A DNA stretch of 64,000 nt from Mytilus californianus (GCF_021869535.1 NW_026262723.1:56668001-56732000), one strand, 5' to 3'; shown: positions 38,491 through 51,437, numbered from the stretch's first letter. The notes: generated from the sequence alone by a model not told the origin. Program-made: numbers and translations.

Positions 38491-39879
38491 ACGGATGGCA
38501 AGGTTTGGAAGAAGTTCAAGAGATGACCTTATTTCTATAAACCAGTCACCCTGGGGTCAGAAAAAAACTAAATTAAAATTAGAAAATCAAATGATATCAG
38601 ACAAAGATAAATGATTACTTTGAAATTAAGACACCAATGTAAATTCAGTTGAATGTTTTATAGGACATACACAATGCGAATAAATCATGAAATTCAGGTC
38701 CGGACAGGCTTACTTGCGAACAAAACTAATAATTGACAGAATTGACCGGATAAACTTACTTGCCAAAAACATTTATGAATTTACACAAAGTTGAAGGATA
38801 TGCATAAGTATTACATTTCTTATGTTGAAATAACCACATGCCAAAAAACTTGAGTCTACATCAAAAGATAAAAAAAAGTTCTTAAACATAAAAAAAATCA
38901 AGGAGTGTTAAGTGGTAAACAATATCGTTTTCCATTTCTGAATAGAAGACAAACGTGACTATCTGTTTAGAGTTTATCCAGCTATATTGTCCTATTTACT
39001 GTGTTTGGATTTTGGTCAATCACTCAAGATTATTTCCATATACATGTACAACCAACCGCATCGATCAGTGATGTCGTGCTCGTCGCGCGTAGTACAGGAG
39101 GACATCATGTCAATCTCCGGTCGGTTCAAACAAAAGTCTTTAGTATTTTCTGCTTCTATGCCTAGCAAACGACAGTTAGAAGCAAAAGTAAAGATTGATT
39201 GACTCGGAGTTGGAATAATGTGTCGTTATATGCAGCATGCTACAAATGCCTAAAACTTATTGTGTTTGTTATGTATCTGAACATGTATTCCTGCGTCATT
39301 GTCCTATTGAGTTGGAACAGAATTATTTCCACACATTGTTTGTTTATGCTGTTCAACCAATTAAAATGTTGACCGTTAATTATTTAATTATTTATTCAGC
39401 TGGAAAGAGTAGAACACCGATAACGTATTATTTTGATTTTATGAGTTTGATTTCTAATGAATATGCAATACAAAGTCTAAATGACTGCTTTCAGAGTAAA
39501 TTCAAAGCCATTCTTACACGATTGATAATTTTGTTTGTGTTTGCTGTGTTCCGCAGCCATGTCCAGTTGCAAATGTATAGAAAATATTCACTGTAAGTCC
39601 ATTCTGACGGCAAATGCCATCCTTTTTAACTGAGTTCAACAACCTAAATAAAGTATTCAATACAAAACCAAATATTATCAATTGTACAATTTTGCTATGA
39701 ATAGTTTGATTTTCACTTTTTAAAGGTATTTTATTTTTAAATTCAAGTTCATTGTATATAAATAGAAACCAACATGCTTGGGTAAAATAAGTTTTTTTTC
39801 ATAGTAAATGAAATCTTTTTTCAGATTTGACCGTTTCAGAGAGTATATCGCGGTCTGGACATTTTCCTTTAGGGCGAGA

Positions 39880-40200
39880 GACTGTTCTTCAAATTCTCTT
39901 CACCCCAAAGGTGACTGTGGTATAGAAATCTGTTTACTTTCGGTTGTTTTCTGATCGGTTTTAAAACTTTGCTAAAGTGGGCGTTTGGCTACGCATATAA
40001 ATACGCAGCCATGCCCGGTCAGAATTAAATCTGATGCCTCTACTGAGAGAGTGCCGTGCCGTCCGCACGTTGAGATCCATTACAATAACTCTTTGAGGGG
40101 TTCGTACGTGGCCTGTTGCAAGCTAAATTTCGGTCAATTTCCACTATTCCCTCATTTTACAGTGGCAGTCCAAATAGCGTAATAGCGTGGCGACCACAGC
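39880..40200 (+). mobile_element. SINE copy
   Basis: ttaaatctgatgcctctactgagagagtgccgtgccgtccgcacgttgagatcc; homologous to 620-900. Confidence 0.6.
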
Positions 40201-40344
40201 GTAACAATGTGAAATCGACTCAAATCTTAATTGACTAGAAATGCCAGTTATCCTCCCGAAGATCGGCAGTTCTCATTCAGAATTTAAAAGGCCGTATCTG
40301 CTTATTTACCAGTGATATAAATCATTTATATTTTTAATTATTTA

Positions 40345-40536
40345 AAACTTTCTTAACTCGCAACTCAACTTTTTCAACTCGCATTTCGACTTTTGTAACT
40401 CGCAAATCGACTTTCTTAACTCGCAATTCGACTTTTGTAACCCGCAACTCGACTTTTATAACTCGCAATTCGACTTTTATAACTCGCAACTCGATTTTCA
40501 TAACTCGCAGCTCGACTTTTATAACTCGCAACTCGT
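40345..40536 (-). repeat. 21-bp minisatellite, inverted relative to 34780-35130
   Basis: ataactcgcaactcgactttt tandem units. Confidence 0.88.
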
Positions 40537-41277
40537 TACTCTACATAAAGTAAATATCCTTGCCTTTAAGGGCAAAGGGAGAATAACTCTATTTAAGAAT
40601 TAATTTGTAACCGGTGACAGACAAATTCCGGATGCCATCCTTGTTGATGTGTCGCTGTCTTTGAGGAGTTATGTTAAGTAGCAACAAGGATCACTTATAA
40701 AAATGAAAAGAGCAGTGTTTAAAATCAATGATAATGTGTAAGTATTAAATATATCTAACAAAGTAATGCTTTGTCATTAAAAATAGTGTTTCAAGTTGTC
40801 ATGTTTTAATTTACCTTAGACATTTAACAAAATTTAATTATTGAATTCATGTTATATCGAAATTTGCTTAATTGTAGCTTACATGTCTAGAAAGTTTATG
40901 TGAAACATGAAAATTTCTTAAAAGTAGTTTTTTTCCATATTTTTCATCATAATATGAAGTCGATATCAACAGTTACTTCCCGTACATCAAGTATTTTATA
41001 GCTTTTATTCACCGAATTTCATTTATTTTCTTGACATTGACCTAATATGCTTGACTGTCATAATCAGGATCAGGATTTAAAATCTGCATACTTGATTTAC
41101 AACCAAATTTCCAAGTCTGCATGAACACACATACACACTTATATAGGTGCCTTGACTGTCAACTTTATTGCTTAATTTTCGTTTAAATTAATTAGTTTTC
41201 AGAAAATAATAAATGATCTTTTGATGTTATTTGAAGATTTATAGTGAAATTACTGTTTGATATTATCTTTGAATTTA

Positions 41278-41475
41278 AAAATAAGAAGATGTTGTTTGAT
41301 TGCCAATGAGGTAACAAACTCTCTTCCAGAAACCAAACGACATAGAAGATAACAACTAAAGGTCACCGTACGACCTTTAACAATGAGCAAAACCCATGCA
41401 TACTGCATAGTAAGCTATAAAAGGCCCCGAAATGACAAACGTAAAATTAATTCAAACGAGAAAACTGACGGCCTG
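41278..41475 (+). mobile_element. Family A repeat copy
   Basis: aaaataagaagatgttgtttgattgccaatgag...gctataaaaggccccgaaatgac. Confidence 0.8.
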
Positions 41476-42235
41476 AAAGCATTGTCCAATGCAAAAATAT
41501 GATCCTGGAGATATTTACAAAATTAATTCACATTTTGGCATTTACCAAGGTCATCACGCTTTACTCATACTGCTTATGACGCTTTTCTCTTATACATTGA
41601 ATGTTTACTCATATTTTAGGCTGGTAATACATGATTTATTTATTTGTTAAGCCTCCCAAACAAAGTTTAGACTTATTGGTTTTGCTCAGTTCTTCCTTTT
41701 TTTTTTTTTTTTCCCGCTTCTTTTTCGCAGCTGAACTTGTCAAGAGTGGAACTCGGAAACCGTTAGCTGCAAGTCGACAATACTTTTTCTTTTTCTGCAT
41801 AGTCATAACGGGCGCGTACCCCTATAATTGGCGGGCAAGCCGGGGTCTATTAAACCCTTACTCAAATTTTGTTGAAGGGTGTTCCAAAAGCACATTTAAA
41901 GGCATTTACAGCATTATACTGGTTCTGGGACACAATATTTAAGGGGAGGGAAATTCAATTGCTGTTCGTTTGGAAGTCTTTCGTAACAGCATCCTGTTAC
42001 AATGATATCTTGTTGTAATTAGCTTTGAACTAGATTTCAGTAACTGCGAGTAGTCTTAGATCGGTTCTTTGTGTCTTTTGTCTTTTGGTTACATGTAGTT
42101 GTGTGTTGTTCTTCGTAATGAGTCAAACCCTTTCAACTGATTTTTACAGTTTTGTTCTTATGCTGTGCTGTTACACTAGTACTACTGTCCCAGGTAAACA
42201 TGGTTAAGGGAGAGTGTCAATGGCTTACAATATAA

Positions 42236-42500
42236 AAATAAGGAGATGTAGTATGATTGCCAATGAGACAACTATCCACCAGAGTTCGAATTCAACAATG
42301 AGTAAAACTCATACCGGGTAGTCGGCTATAAAAAGACCCGACATGAAAAATGTGAAACAATTCAAACGAGAAAACTGATGGCTCAAACCTCCCCTACTCT
42401 GGGACAGTGGTGTTGCAGCACAATCTAAGAATAAACTGTACAAAAAAGTAACACTGTGCATACACAGTCTGAGAAACGCATGACCTTGTGCAATGCCAAA
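42236..42500 (+). mobile_element. Family A repeat copy (internally deleted)
   Basis: aaaataaggagatgtagtatgattgccaatgagacaact ... catgaccttgtgcaatgcc tail. Confidence 0.8.
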
Positions 42501-43315
42501 ATATACGTTAACAGTATCGACATGATGTTGGATCATAAGAAATTATAACAGTACATGTTTAGCAATATATATTTAGTTATGTTTAAAATATCAAAAACAA
42601 ATAAATGTTAGGCCGATCAAAACAATATTTTAAGATTGATTACACTACGGTGTTAAATTGGTACCATTTAAGAATTTGTTTATTCAAATGATCAATGAAT
42701 TTACACGGATCGTATCTTAATTTACGAGCTTTATGAACAATATAACCTTAAAATTTAGGGTGTGACATCCCGTTTCTAATAAGAATTCAAACTTCCACAC
42801 CAAATCTTAGTATATATGTATTTTTGAAGTGTGTGGGTTTGAACGTTGTTTTCAATTTAGACTTGTTTATATTTTTTCGTTTGGGCTTGTATTATAGTTG
42901 CCTTCAGGTTTATATGATCCGTTCATCCTATTTCGACTCTTCAAAATTCAAGAGTCTATCCTAAATTGCGGTAAATTATATGGCCTTCCAAAAACCGTTT
43001 CGATTCCTAACATCACTGAAGAGACATTAATTGTCGAAATCCGGATATGGTGTACTAATTTTTGCACCTTTTGTTTGCGGTATATCATCTTTCCCGCAAG
43101 TTTATTGTTTTCTGTTTGGTATTAAATTAATAGTTAAGATCCATGTTGTTACATCTGGTGATCCGTTTATATGGCAATCGCCAATGACATTCAGCAGGGT
43201 TGAAGAACATCCGTTGTTCGACCTGCTAGTCAAATGCGTTTTGTTAAAATATACTTTTTCACTTTTTTGGTCTTTTGGAAAATGTTGTTTGTGCTGTATT
43301 TAGACCCCTCTACCA

Positions 43316-43515
43316 AGAAATTTGTTTTGCATGCACACGTATAAAAACTGCGGTTTTTATCCAACGCAACAATAGGTTTGAACGTTGTTTTCAATTTAGA
43401 CTTGTATGTATATAATTATATATAAACAAGTCTAAATTGAAAACAACGTTCAAACCTATGATTGCGTTGGATAAAAACCGCAATTTTTATACGTGTGCAT
43501 GCAAAACAAATTTCT
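43316..43515. repeat. 200-bp near-perfect palindrome
   Basis: About 90-bp arms agaaatttgttttgcatgcacacgtataaaaa...caatttagacttgt around an AT-only centre; a partial arm is also at 42838-42870. Confidence 0.92.
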
Positions 43516-45675
43516 CCACAACATGTTTAAAACCACCACGTTTTGCACATTGTTGAAGCGTGATCTATAATTGCTAACAACCACGTCCTTTGGGTCTATG
43601 GTGGATAGATCTCATTGCCAATCATACCACATCTCCTTAATTTTATATGATAATATGTGATATCTATTTTGTTTGTAAGATGTTTGAGATTTAATTGATT
43701 TCATTCAAATCTGAGTCAATTAGTAAACCAAAAGAATAGCATTTTGTTACAAGATAGATACATTCTAACTCTACTCAGTACGACAAGAAAAGTGTTGGCT
43801 TTGAGTGGACTGCAATGCAATTTTTGTGCTCACCTTAGAATGATTTATTCATTCTCTTAAATTAAAAAAAGAAGCTAAAAAGAGAAAACATTGGTCATAA
43901 AAGCACTACCTTTATGCTAGAAAAATTAAATACATAATACTGTTTATTTTCTGTTACATTGTACAAAAATGTATTTCACGTGTGCTGAATAGTGATTAGA
44001 TTTACTATTTTCGAAATTCTGAGCTCTAACATTTGTTTTCACTCTTTCATATGTCTAGCACATAGTAAATGCGCAGAAAAAGACTGTATTGTAAAAATAT
44101 AGATGCTCCTGCAAGAATAATGTGACAGCTTTTTAATATCAACCTCGGACAACATGACGAAAAAAAAAAAAAGGATTAATTACATAATTATGTAAACTAG
44201 CATTCGACACTGAATCAAATATTCATTGTCTTATGTATTCAATTATGTCAAGAAACTTTACTTATTGTAAATTCTGTCAAACTAAAATCAGATGTAAATG
44301 TTTCGTATCACACATAAACTATAAACTAAAACTTCATCTTTTGATATTATGGACCTGGTCTCCAAAAATAAGTGTAATTGTAGTCCACACGGTATTAAAA
44401 AGGCCAAATGGTATACATACCACAAATAAATTGAGACAACCATTCTTCTCTCAATCTTTTGTTTATTATTTATTTAAAATCACACTACCAATCTACGATC
44501 CTTTGAACTGTGAAATTTGGAAGTTAAGATATAATCCTTGTTGCCATTTTGTTATCGGAGATCTAAATATTTAATTTGTCATAAAATACAACAAAAGAAA
44601 TAGTTTACTTTGTACACATACTCAGTTCCATCCCGTGTACAAACTCAGTTTCATTCGTCGTATATATATATATATATATGTAATTGTTAACTTTTTACAC
44701 CTTGTGACTTGGATGGAGTGTTGTCTCATTGGCATTCATACCACGTCTTCTTATTTCTAGTTAAATTCTATCATATCAAATTTAACTCAAAGTGTAGGGG
44801 TGGATTCTAAATTTATTTTCCTCATATAGACAGATCAGAAGATAGAAAAAAAAATTCTAAACTTTGATATGCCAACATTGATATAAATAAATTAAAATAT
44901 CCTATGTGACACTTACAAAAGGCTGTTCACATTTTTCATGTCGGGGCCTTTTAAAGCTGATTAAATGGTATGGATTGTTCTCATTGCTTAAAGTCGTACG
45001 GTGGCTTATCATTGCTTACTACCATCTTATTTTAACTCTGGTGGATAGTAGTTTCATTGACAATCATACCTCATTTCCTTATTTGTATATGAACAACTTG
45101 CCACTGGACGTTAAAATTAACATTCTGACGTTTTTATTGAAAACAACAATTCCAATTCCTACTGGAAAACGTCTATTGTCAAAGACCGACAGGTTAAAAC
45201 AATTAAAAGGGACTGAAATTTCAAACACTTCCTAATATAATTCAGTGGTTATAACAGGAATCATTGTCGACCCCTTTTTTTTCTTACTACAATCTAGGTA
45301 AAATCTGATTGATACAATGGATTATTTCTGTTAAACATTCCCATGAATCTCGTTGAATATGGTATTAAACATATCGAAAGTAACTTTATAAAAATCCGTT
45401 CATTCGAACCATATTAAGACTGAAAAACAAGTTAAGTAGTCTCGGAAACTGTTTAACGTATTTGTGATCGTTGAAAAAGTCGAACCAAATTATGTGTTTC
45501 CTGTGTTCTTTCGAATTGATAGCTTTTTAAAAACACATTTTTAAAAAAACCTTTCACCCTTTTTTATCATTATCCGTAAATAATAATTTATTTTAGTTTA
45601 TGCATTTTAATATGTGTATCTTTATAAAACATTTATACACTTGTACATGTATGTGTTTTAAAAACACTTTTTACA

Positions 45676-46108
45676 CAAATGTAACAACGTTTTTGTTACG
45701 GGAAAGTTTGATACAGTGCAACAGGTTCTGTTGCTGAAACTGGCGAAGATGCCGAAATGAAAGACAGTGACTGACGACTGGTCTCTTATCTATAAAACAC
45801 AAACCCACTGGCGGAACTAACTCATAGAATTGTAGAACGAATACAAACGATGAATTTCTGTATGGATTTTTATTTTCTCTTCAAATGAACGGATGATGTC
45901 AGGTCAAACGGCTGACTCCGAATAAAGACTTAACAAATGTGACAACGTTGTTGTTACGGGATGTTTGATACAGTGCAACAGGTTCTGTTTGCTGAAACTG
46001 GCGAAGATGCCGAAACGAAAGACAGTGACCGACGACTGGTCCCCTGTATATAAAACACAAACCCACTGGCGGAACTAACTCACAGACTGGTAGAGCGAAT
46101 ACAAACGA
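45676..46108 (+). repeat. About 175-bp direct repeat (45676-45848, 45933-46108)
   Basis: Two high-identity copies seen directly. Confidence 0.88.
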
Positions 46109-46876
46109 GTTGCCAAAGAATTAAGATTACATAATGACCAAGTTGACAAATTTTACAAACAAAAAAAATTAGCACTTTAAAAGTAACAATTATAGACGAT
46201 GACTGAAAAACGGATTAATGTCATTGTAATCATACATGTACTGAACAAGAACTGATAAACGGATATTGAAAAGAATTATCTAATATTTACCCTGTAAACA
46301 TTAACGGATTAATAAAAGAAATGAAATAGTAGCATAAATAAACATAAGAGTTGTGTGCAATTTTTAGATCAAAAAGTAACACACATGAATAATATTTAAG
46401 AATGCAAATCAAAACACATTTATCTGTTGAATTTAGAATGAAATTGTCTGAAAAGATTAACAAAACTGTAGAAAATATTAGAAATAAGTCCGAATGTCCG
46501 AAATAAGAAAAACACAATTTGGTTCGACTTTTTCCACGATCACATTTATACTAGTTGACAAAACAGGCAACACTGTTTTGTTGTTTGATTTAAAAGTATA
46601 TTATAAAAAGAGAGTACTGTAACACATTCTAGTATGTTCACAACTACTACTAGGTGTTACTCACGAAATGGTCGTAGCGGAGAACTTTTATCAACGGCTG
46701 TACTCAAACACCGTATACCGATCCGAAACCGCGGAAGGATCCGAATCCCGAGGAGCAATTAATGAAATGTTTGTAACGATGGGTAGGTAAAATATCGATC
46801 CGATTCCCACGGAGGAATTATGCTCCGTGGGAATCGGATCCAGAATTTAGCTACCCACCGTTAAAATGTTTTCATT

Positions 46877-47248
46877 AATAGACCATTTTCTTATTACCGA
46901 CTTTTGATTTCGGATTATGTCATTTTCGACAGATTACCTAATTTGTGGTAGGACATCCTTGTACTCGGTCAACTAAGAGCAACCAAAAGAATTAAAATCA
47001 AATATATAATCGGTGCAATTGGGGGAGGGGGGGGGGGGTTTATTGTTTTCTGATGATTTTGTCGTGTATAGAAAACGTAAAACAGTTATTTTTTCCCCAA
47101 AATTGTACCGATTGAAAGCTTATTTTACTTCTTTACGTTGCTCTTACTTGACCGAGTACCAGGATGTCCTACCACAGAAAAGGTAACCTGGCGAAAAATT
47201 ATAAAATCTGGAGTCAAAATTCGGCAATATGAAAAGAGTCTATTGCAC
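46877..47248. mobile_element. MITE/foldback element with about 150-bp imperfect TIRs
   Basis: aatagaccattttcttattaccgac...tgtggtaggacatccttgtactcggtcaa pairs with ttgaccgagtaccaggatgtcctaccaca...ttcggcaatatgaaaagagtctatt. Confidence 0.75.
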
Positions 47249-47592
47249 CTCGGGTTTCGGATCCATCCGCAGATTTCCGATTGGGATACTTGGTGTGGTA
47301 CTTAAAACACAGATTATGTTTCCTAGTAACTAGTGGCGTACAAGAAAACATGTAAATGTCGTTGTATATCTTCACCCAGAAAATGTTTTATTACTAAAAT
47401 TTCTAATCTACGAATTGTTATCAATCAGTATTAGGAAACATACAATAATAGCGGTATTATCTATTTCTCCGATGTTTTAATTTTTTGAAGGCTTGAAAGA
47501 TAAACTGCGTTTCTTTGAGCGTCAGTATACATGTATGTTTGTTGACTATAATGATTGCTCTACTCTGGATTTTTGTTGTTACAGTATATAGG

Positions 47593-48016
47593 TATAAGAA
47601 GATGTGGTATGAGTGCCAATGAGACAACTCTCCATCCAAGTCAAAATTTATAAAAGTAAACCATTATAGGTCAAAGTACGGTCTTCATCACGGAGCCTTG
47701 GCTCACACCGAACAGCAAGCTATAAAGGGCCCCAAAAATTACTAGACTGAGTGTAAAACCATTCAAACGGGAAAACCAACGGTCTAATCTATATAAAAAA
47801 CGAGAAACGAGAAACACTTATGAACCACATCAACAAACGACAACTACTGAACATCAGATTCCTGACTTAGGACAGGTGCAAACAATTGCAGCGGATTTAA
47901 ACGTTTTAAAGGTACCAAATCTTCACCCTTATCTGAAACAATAGTTTAACATCACAACATAGAAAGACACACTATAAAATATCAATTGAAATGGCTTAAC
48001 TCAATCAAATAACATA
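47593..48016 (+). mobile_element. Family A repeat, long well-preserved copy
   Basis: High identity to the reverse complement of 59156-59453. Confidence 0.88.
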
Positions 48017-48522
48017 TTATTATTCCATTATCTCCCTGTTATAGAAATAGTCGAGATTAAAGAAAGGGAGGGATGAGTGTTAACAAGCTAGTTTTACCTT
48101 CCTTAGGCTAACGTGCCTGTCCAAAGTCCTTTTACATATCTTAATGCTTCTGCCATTTAAGTATAAATTAAATGTTGATCGAGTGTACATTTTTCACAAC
48201 ATTTAAAGAGTTGGGTCTATTCAGAATAATTTGGACGTATTGCACATTTAATTCTGTTTTTTATTGAATATTTAACCTCGATTTTTGTTTGGTTGTTGTC
48301 ACTTTAACGTATACCATGAATAATGTAATACATGTATGCATGAGGTTCATAACACATTTACTGCATATCATACTACATGTACATGTACACATCGTTAGGA
48401 AGACGACTGTTTGCACAAAATCATATAGTTTTTTTTACACCTAGTCCTATATTTTATTATGTACATATGTTATGACGACATTTATAATCATATAAATTAT
48501 GTTTTTCAGTTGTACATGTACA

Positions 48523-50100
48523 TCATGCATTTCGTTTCACCAGCTTATGATAGAGTCCATAAAATGCTACAAAGCATTTAAAGCGATAAAATATCACAAT
48601 TGGAAATAAAACGAAATAACATGTGACCCATACTTGCTTTCCATAAAGAAGAGTTGGAGCATCAGATGCAAATACTATTGTTGAAGAGAGAAATGAGTCC
48701 GTTCCCCAAATAATTAAATTATTCATCGACATGAAAAGACATGCGTATTCAATTGACATACAATTGGACACTGACGAATGTATTCTTTCATAGCTTTTCA
48801 TTTGAAAAATAAAGACAGTTTGCAAGTAAACTCCAAAAATCATTATAACATAGCTGAATAACTTTATGCCATTCGCATTATCGCCGTGAAGCAGTTTTAC
48901 ATAGGCTACAAGTCGCATTGTATAATATACCAACGATCCAACGAAACTAACTAAAATCATGTAATCCTTAGCAACAAATTTGTAATTTTTTTCTCTGGGC
49001 ATGCAATCAGTTTGTATCAGGTAAAAACACCTAAAAAGCACTAGTAATAAAACTGTCATTTCAGCGCTGTTGTAAATATTAAATGTCCTATCTACAGATG
49101 GATTTCCTGGTCCATATATTCGAAGTGAAAATAGAATTATACACGGAGTGTTTATCAGAACTGCAGATGCAATAACTATAAAAGCTAATGTTCTGTCACG
49201 TGGTTTATTTGGTACAAAATTAATTGAAATTTGTCGATTCATATGCTCGTTACTCTCGGAAAATATCAAACTCGTAGTTTCATCTTTATTCATACTATCG
49301 TAAACACATGAATATTTCCTTTCATCGTTATATCTCTTTGGCCATAGCTCAGACACAAATAGAATTGCCAGCAAGGAATATTCTAACACGGCTGGATCCA
49401 TGTAGCTTTCCACACTCTGCATGACATGAACAGTAGTTGAATTGGTTAGGCAAATTAAGGATGAATTGGTAGTACTATTAACGCTATAGTCACGGACATC
49501 TTGTAGTTCGTGAACAAACTCAATAACTATTACCGAAATATTCGCAAGAAACAATATGAGTAAGCCATAATATGATCCAAGATTGTTAACGAACGAACGG
49601 CGCGAAAACTGTGTAAGAAATCCAGTTTGAACAAGTCGGAAGATAAAAAGCAAGCAATCACATACTATGCGCTCTCTTACGTTAAGTAAATCGAAATATC
49701 CTCTAAAGCAGTCAATATGATAAGCTAAATAAATGACACTATAGGTCATAGTTGCTAGTGTGAAAAGCCACAGAAATCTTAGCATGATTCTATGACTTAT
49801 ATCCCAGTCTTCCTTCGGGACTGTAACCTCGGGCTTTATAGATGCATAAATACTGAGGGACACACAAATAACAATTCCTAAACACGTGGTAACAGTCATT
49901 GTTGTTGTAAAAAGACTGTATGTACCATCAGAACATATAACTAAAGTCTCACAGAGAATAACTACAATGCCTACCAAGAAAACCAATCCGGATATGCTTC
50001 CATCATGGGAAATAAACCCGCTGATTTGATATTTACGAGGATGTCCTGCTGAAAACGGCAAGATAAATATAGCTCGTAGAAATCTTCTTAGCGTCAACAT
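48523..50100 (-). CDS. OTOP-like: Otopetrin-like proton channel 1 (525 aa, single coding exon)
   Basis: Multi-TM protein with OTOP motifs LVQTGFL, LANIS, DPAVLEYSLL, YLQTVF, NNLIIW, FPIVIFYRF. Start placed at MLTLRR (50100) by alignment with the paralog N-termini and an acceptor tttttatattacAG at 50116-50115. Confidence 0.9.
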   Translation of the reverse strand: MLTLRRFLRAIFILPFSAGHPRKYQISGFISHDGSISGLVFLVGIVVILCETLVICSDGTYSLFTTTMTVTTCLGIVICVSLSIYASIKPEVTVPKEDWDISHRIMLRFLWLFTLATMTYSVIYLAYHIDCFRGYFDLLNVRERIVCDCLLFIFRLVQTGFLTQFSRRSFVNNLGSYYGLLILFLANISVIVIEFVHELQDVRDYSVNSTTNSSLICLTNSTTVHVMQSVESYMDPAVLEYSLLAILFVSELWPKRYNDERKYSCVYDSMNKDETTSLIFSESNEHMNRQISINFVPNKPRDRTLAFIVIASAVLINTPCIILFSLRIYGPGNPSVDRTFNIYNSAEMTVLLLVLFRCFYLIQTDCMPREKNYKFVAKDYMILVSFVGSLVYYTMRLVAYVKLLHGDNANGIKLFSYVIMIFGVYLQTVFIFQMKSYERIHSSVSNCMSIEYACLFMSMNNLIIWGTDSFLSSTIVFASDAPTLLYGKQVWVTCYFVLFPIVIFYRFKCFVAFYGLYHKLVKRNA

Positions 50101-50830
50101 CTTTGTTTTCTTATCTGTAATATAAAAAAAAAAATCAAAAATCACTGTACTTGGCTTTGATACATACAAATTGACCGATAAAATATGTAGAAAACCTGTG
50201 ATGTACTCACAGTTACTGAAAGCTAGTTCAAAGCAACTAACTCGGGTAAATAAATCATGTCCTCCGAGACATAAGTAGCAATCAGTACACACCCAAAGGA
50301 TTTAGTGTAAAGACGCCATAAACATAACACGAAAAGCATGACCTTTTGCAATAATTCCAAAGTATAAGTGCATGAAATCGATCGGATAAAGGACTATAAG
50401 TTTGCATAACTGTTTAGCAATACATGTTTAGTTTGATTAATCAAAAACAAATCAATGTTAGTTCCAATTAAAACAATATTAAAACAATTTAACTATACGG
50501 TGTTAAAATGATTACCTATCAGAATAACTTTTTTCAAAGAATCAATGAGCTAACATGTATCGTATCTATATTTACGGACTCTAAAAACATCGTCACCGTA
50601 AAAATAAGGAGTGTGCAATTCCGTTTAAATAAGATTTCTACAGGTACAAAAATGTACAGTCAAACTTCTAAACCATGTTTTTAGTCTTATGTAATTAGTT
50701 CATCCCCGTCACATACTGTATGTGCCTGTCCCATGTTAGGAACATGTACGTAAGGAGTTATTGTTGGTTGCTGTCTATCATATTTGGATTTCGTTTATGA
50801 TTAAATGTTGAATTTCTATTTTATAACTGA

Positions 50831-50945
50831 TGCCCCTTTCACATACACGGATTTTTCGTACGAGTCCTTACGGATGCTTGCGATTGATTACTAGTTTGCG
50901 ATCCGTAAGGACTCGTAAGAAAAAATCCGTGTATGAGATGGGGCA
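50831..50945. mobile_element. 115-bp hairpin MITE
   Basis: About 45-bp arms tgcccctttcacatacacggatttttcgtacgagtccttacggat and its near-perfect reverse complement. Confidence 0.82.
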
Positions 50946-50976
50946 TCAACGATTAGCAAAACCGCATAGTAAATTA

Positions 50977-51437
50977 TGTCCCCTTCCTCGCATACACGGA
51001 TCTTTCTTACGAGTCCTATAGATACATATACTTTACATGTTCTTACGTATTGTCTACGATTTCGGGAAAGGTATAAAATCTGCAAACTCGTAAGGACTCG
51101 TAAATATTCGTAACAACACGTAAACAGGCCACAACTAACACGTAAAAGTTTCAATGAATAGTTACATTTTTAATACTTATTCTCGTAACAAACCGTTAAA
51201 AGCTCGTAAAATTCCCGTATGTTTCTCGTAGTTATCCGTGACAACTCGTAACAAATCGTTGAATTTTGCCCAAAATACATCGTAATAACTTCTAATAATC
51301 CGTAATAAACCGTAAGTAGTTCGTTATAACTTGTAACAACTCTTAAATCGGTCATAAAAGTGGCTATATCGTAAGGATTCGTGAATTTGTGTGATCCGTC
51401 TGGACTCGTAAGAAAAATCCGTATGTGTGAAGGGACA
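50977..51437. mobile_element. 461-bp MITE of the same family
   Basis: TIRs tgtccccttcctcgcatacacggatctttcttacgagtcc / ggactcgtaagaaaaatccgtatgtgtgaagggaca; internal tcgtaa/ttacga motifs. Confidence 0.8.

Noticed and set aside
40334-40531. VELRVIK-repeat ORFs (also 34676-34888)
   Set aside because: They are translations of a 21-bp minisatellite.
45421-45450. gttaagtagtctc resembling the otopetrin first-exon donor
   Set aside because: The match is too short and the flanks do not align.
50101-50292. 64-aa N-terminal extension of the 589-aa ORF
   Set aside because: It has no counterpart in the paralogs and reads through a polypyrimidine tract and acceptor, so it is probably intron.
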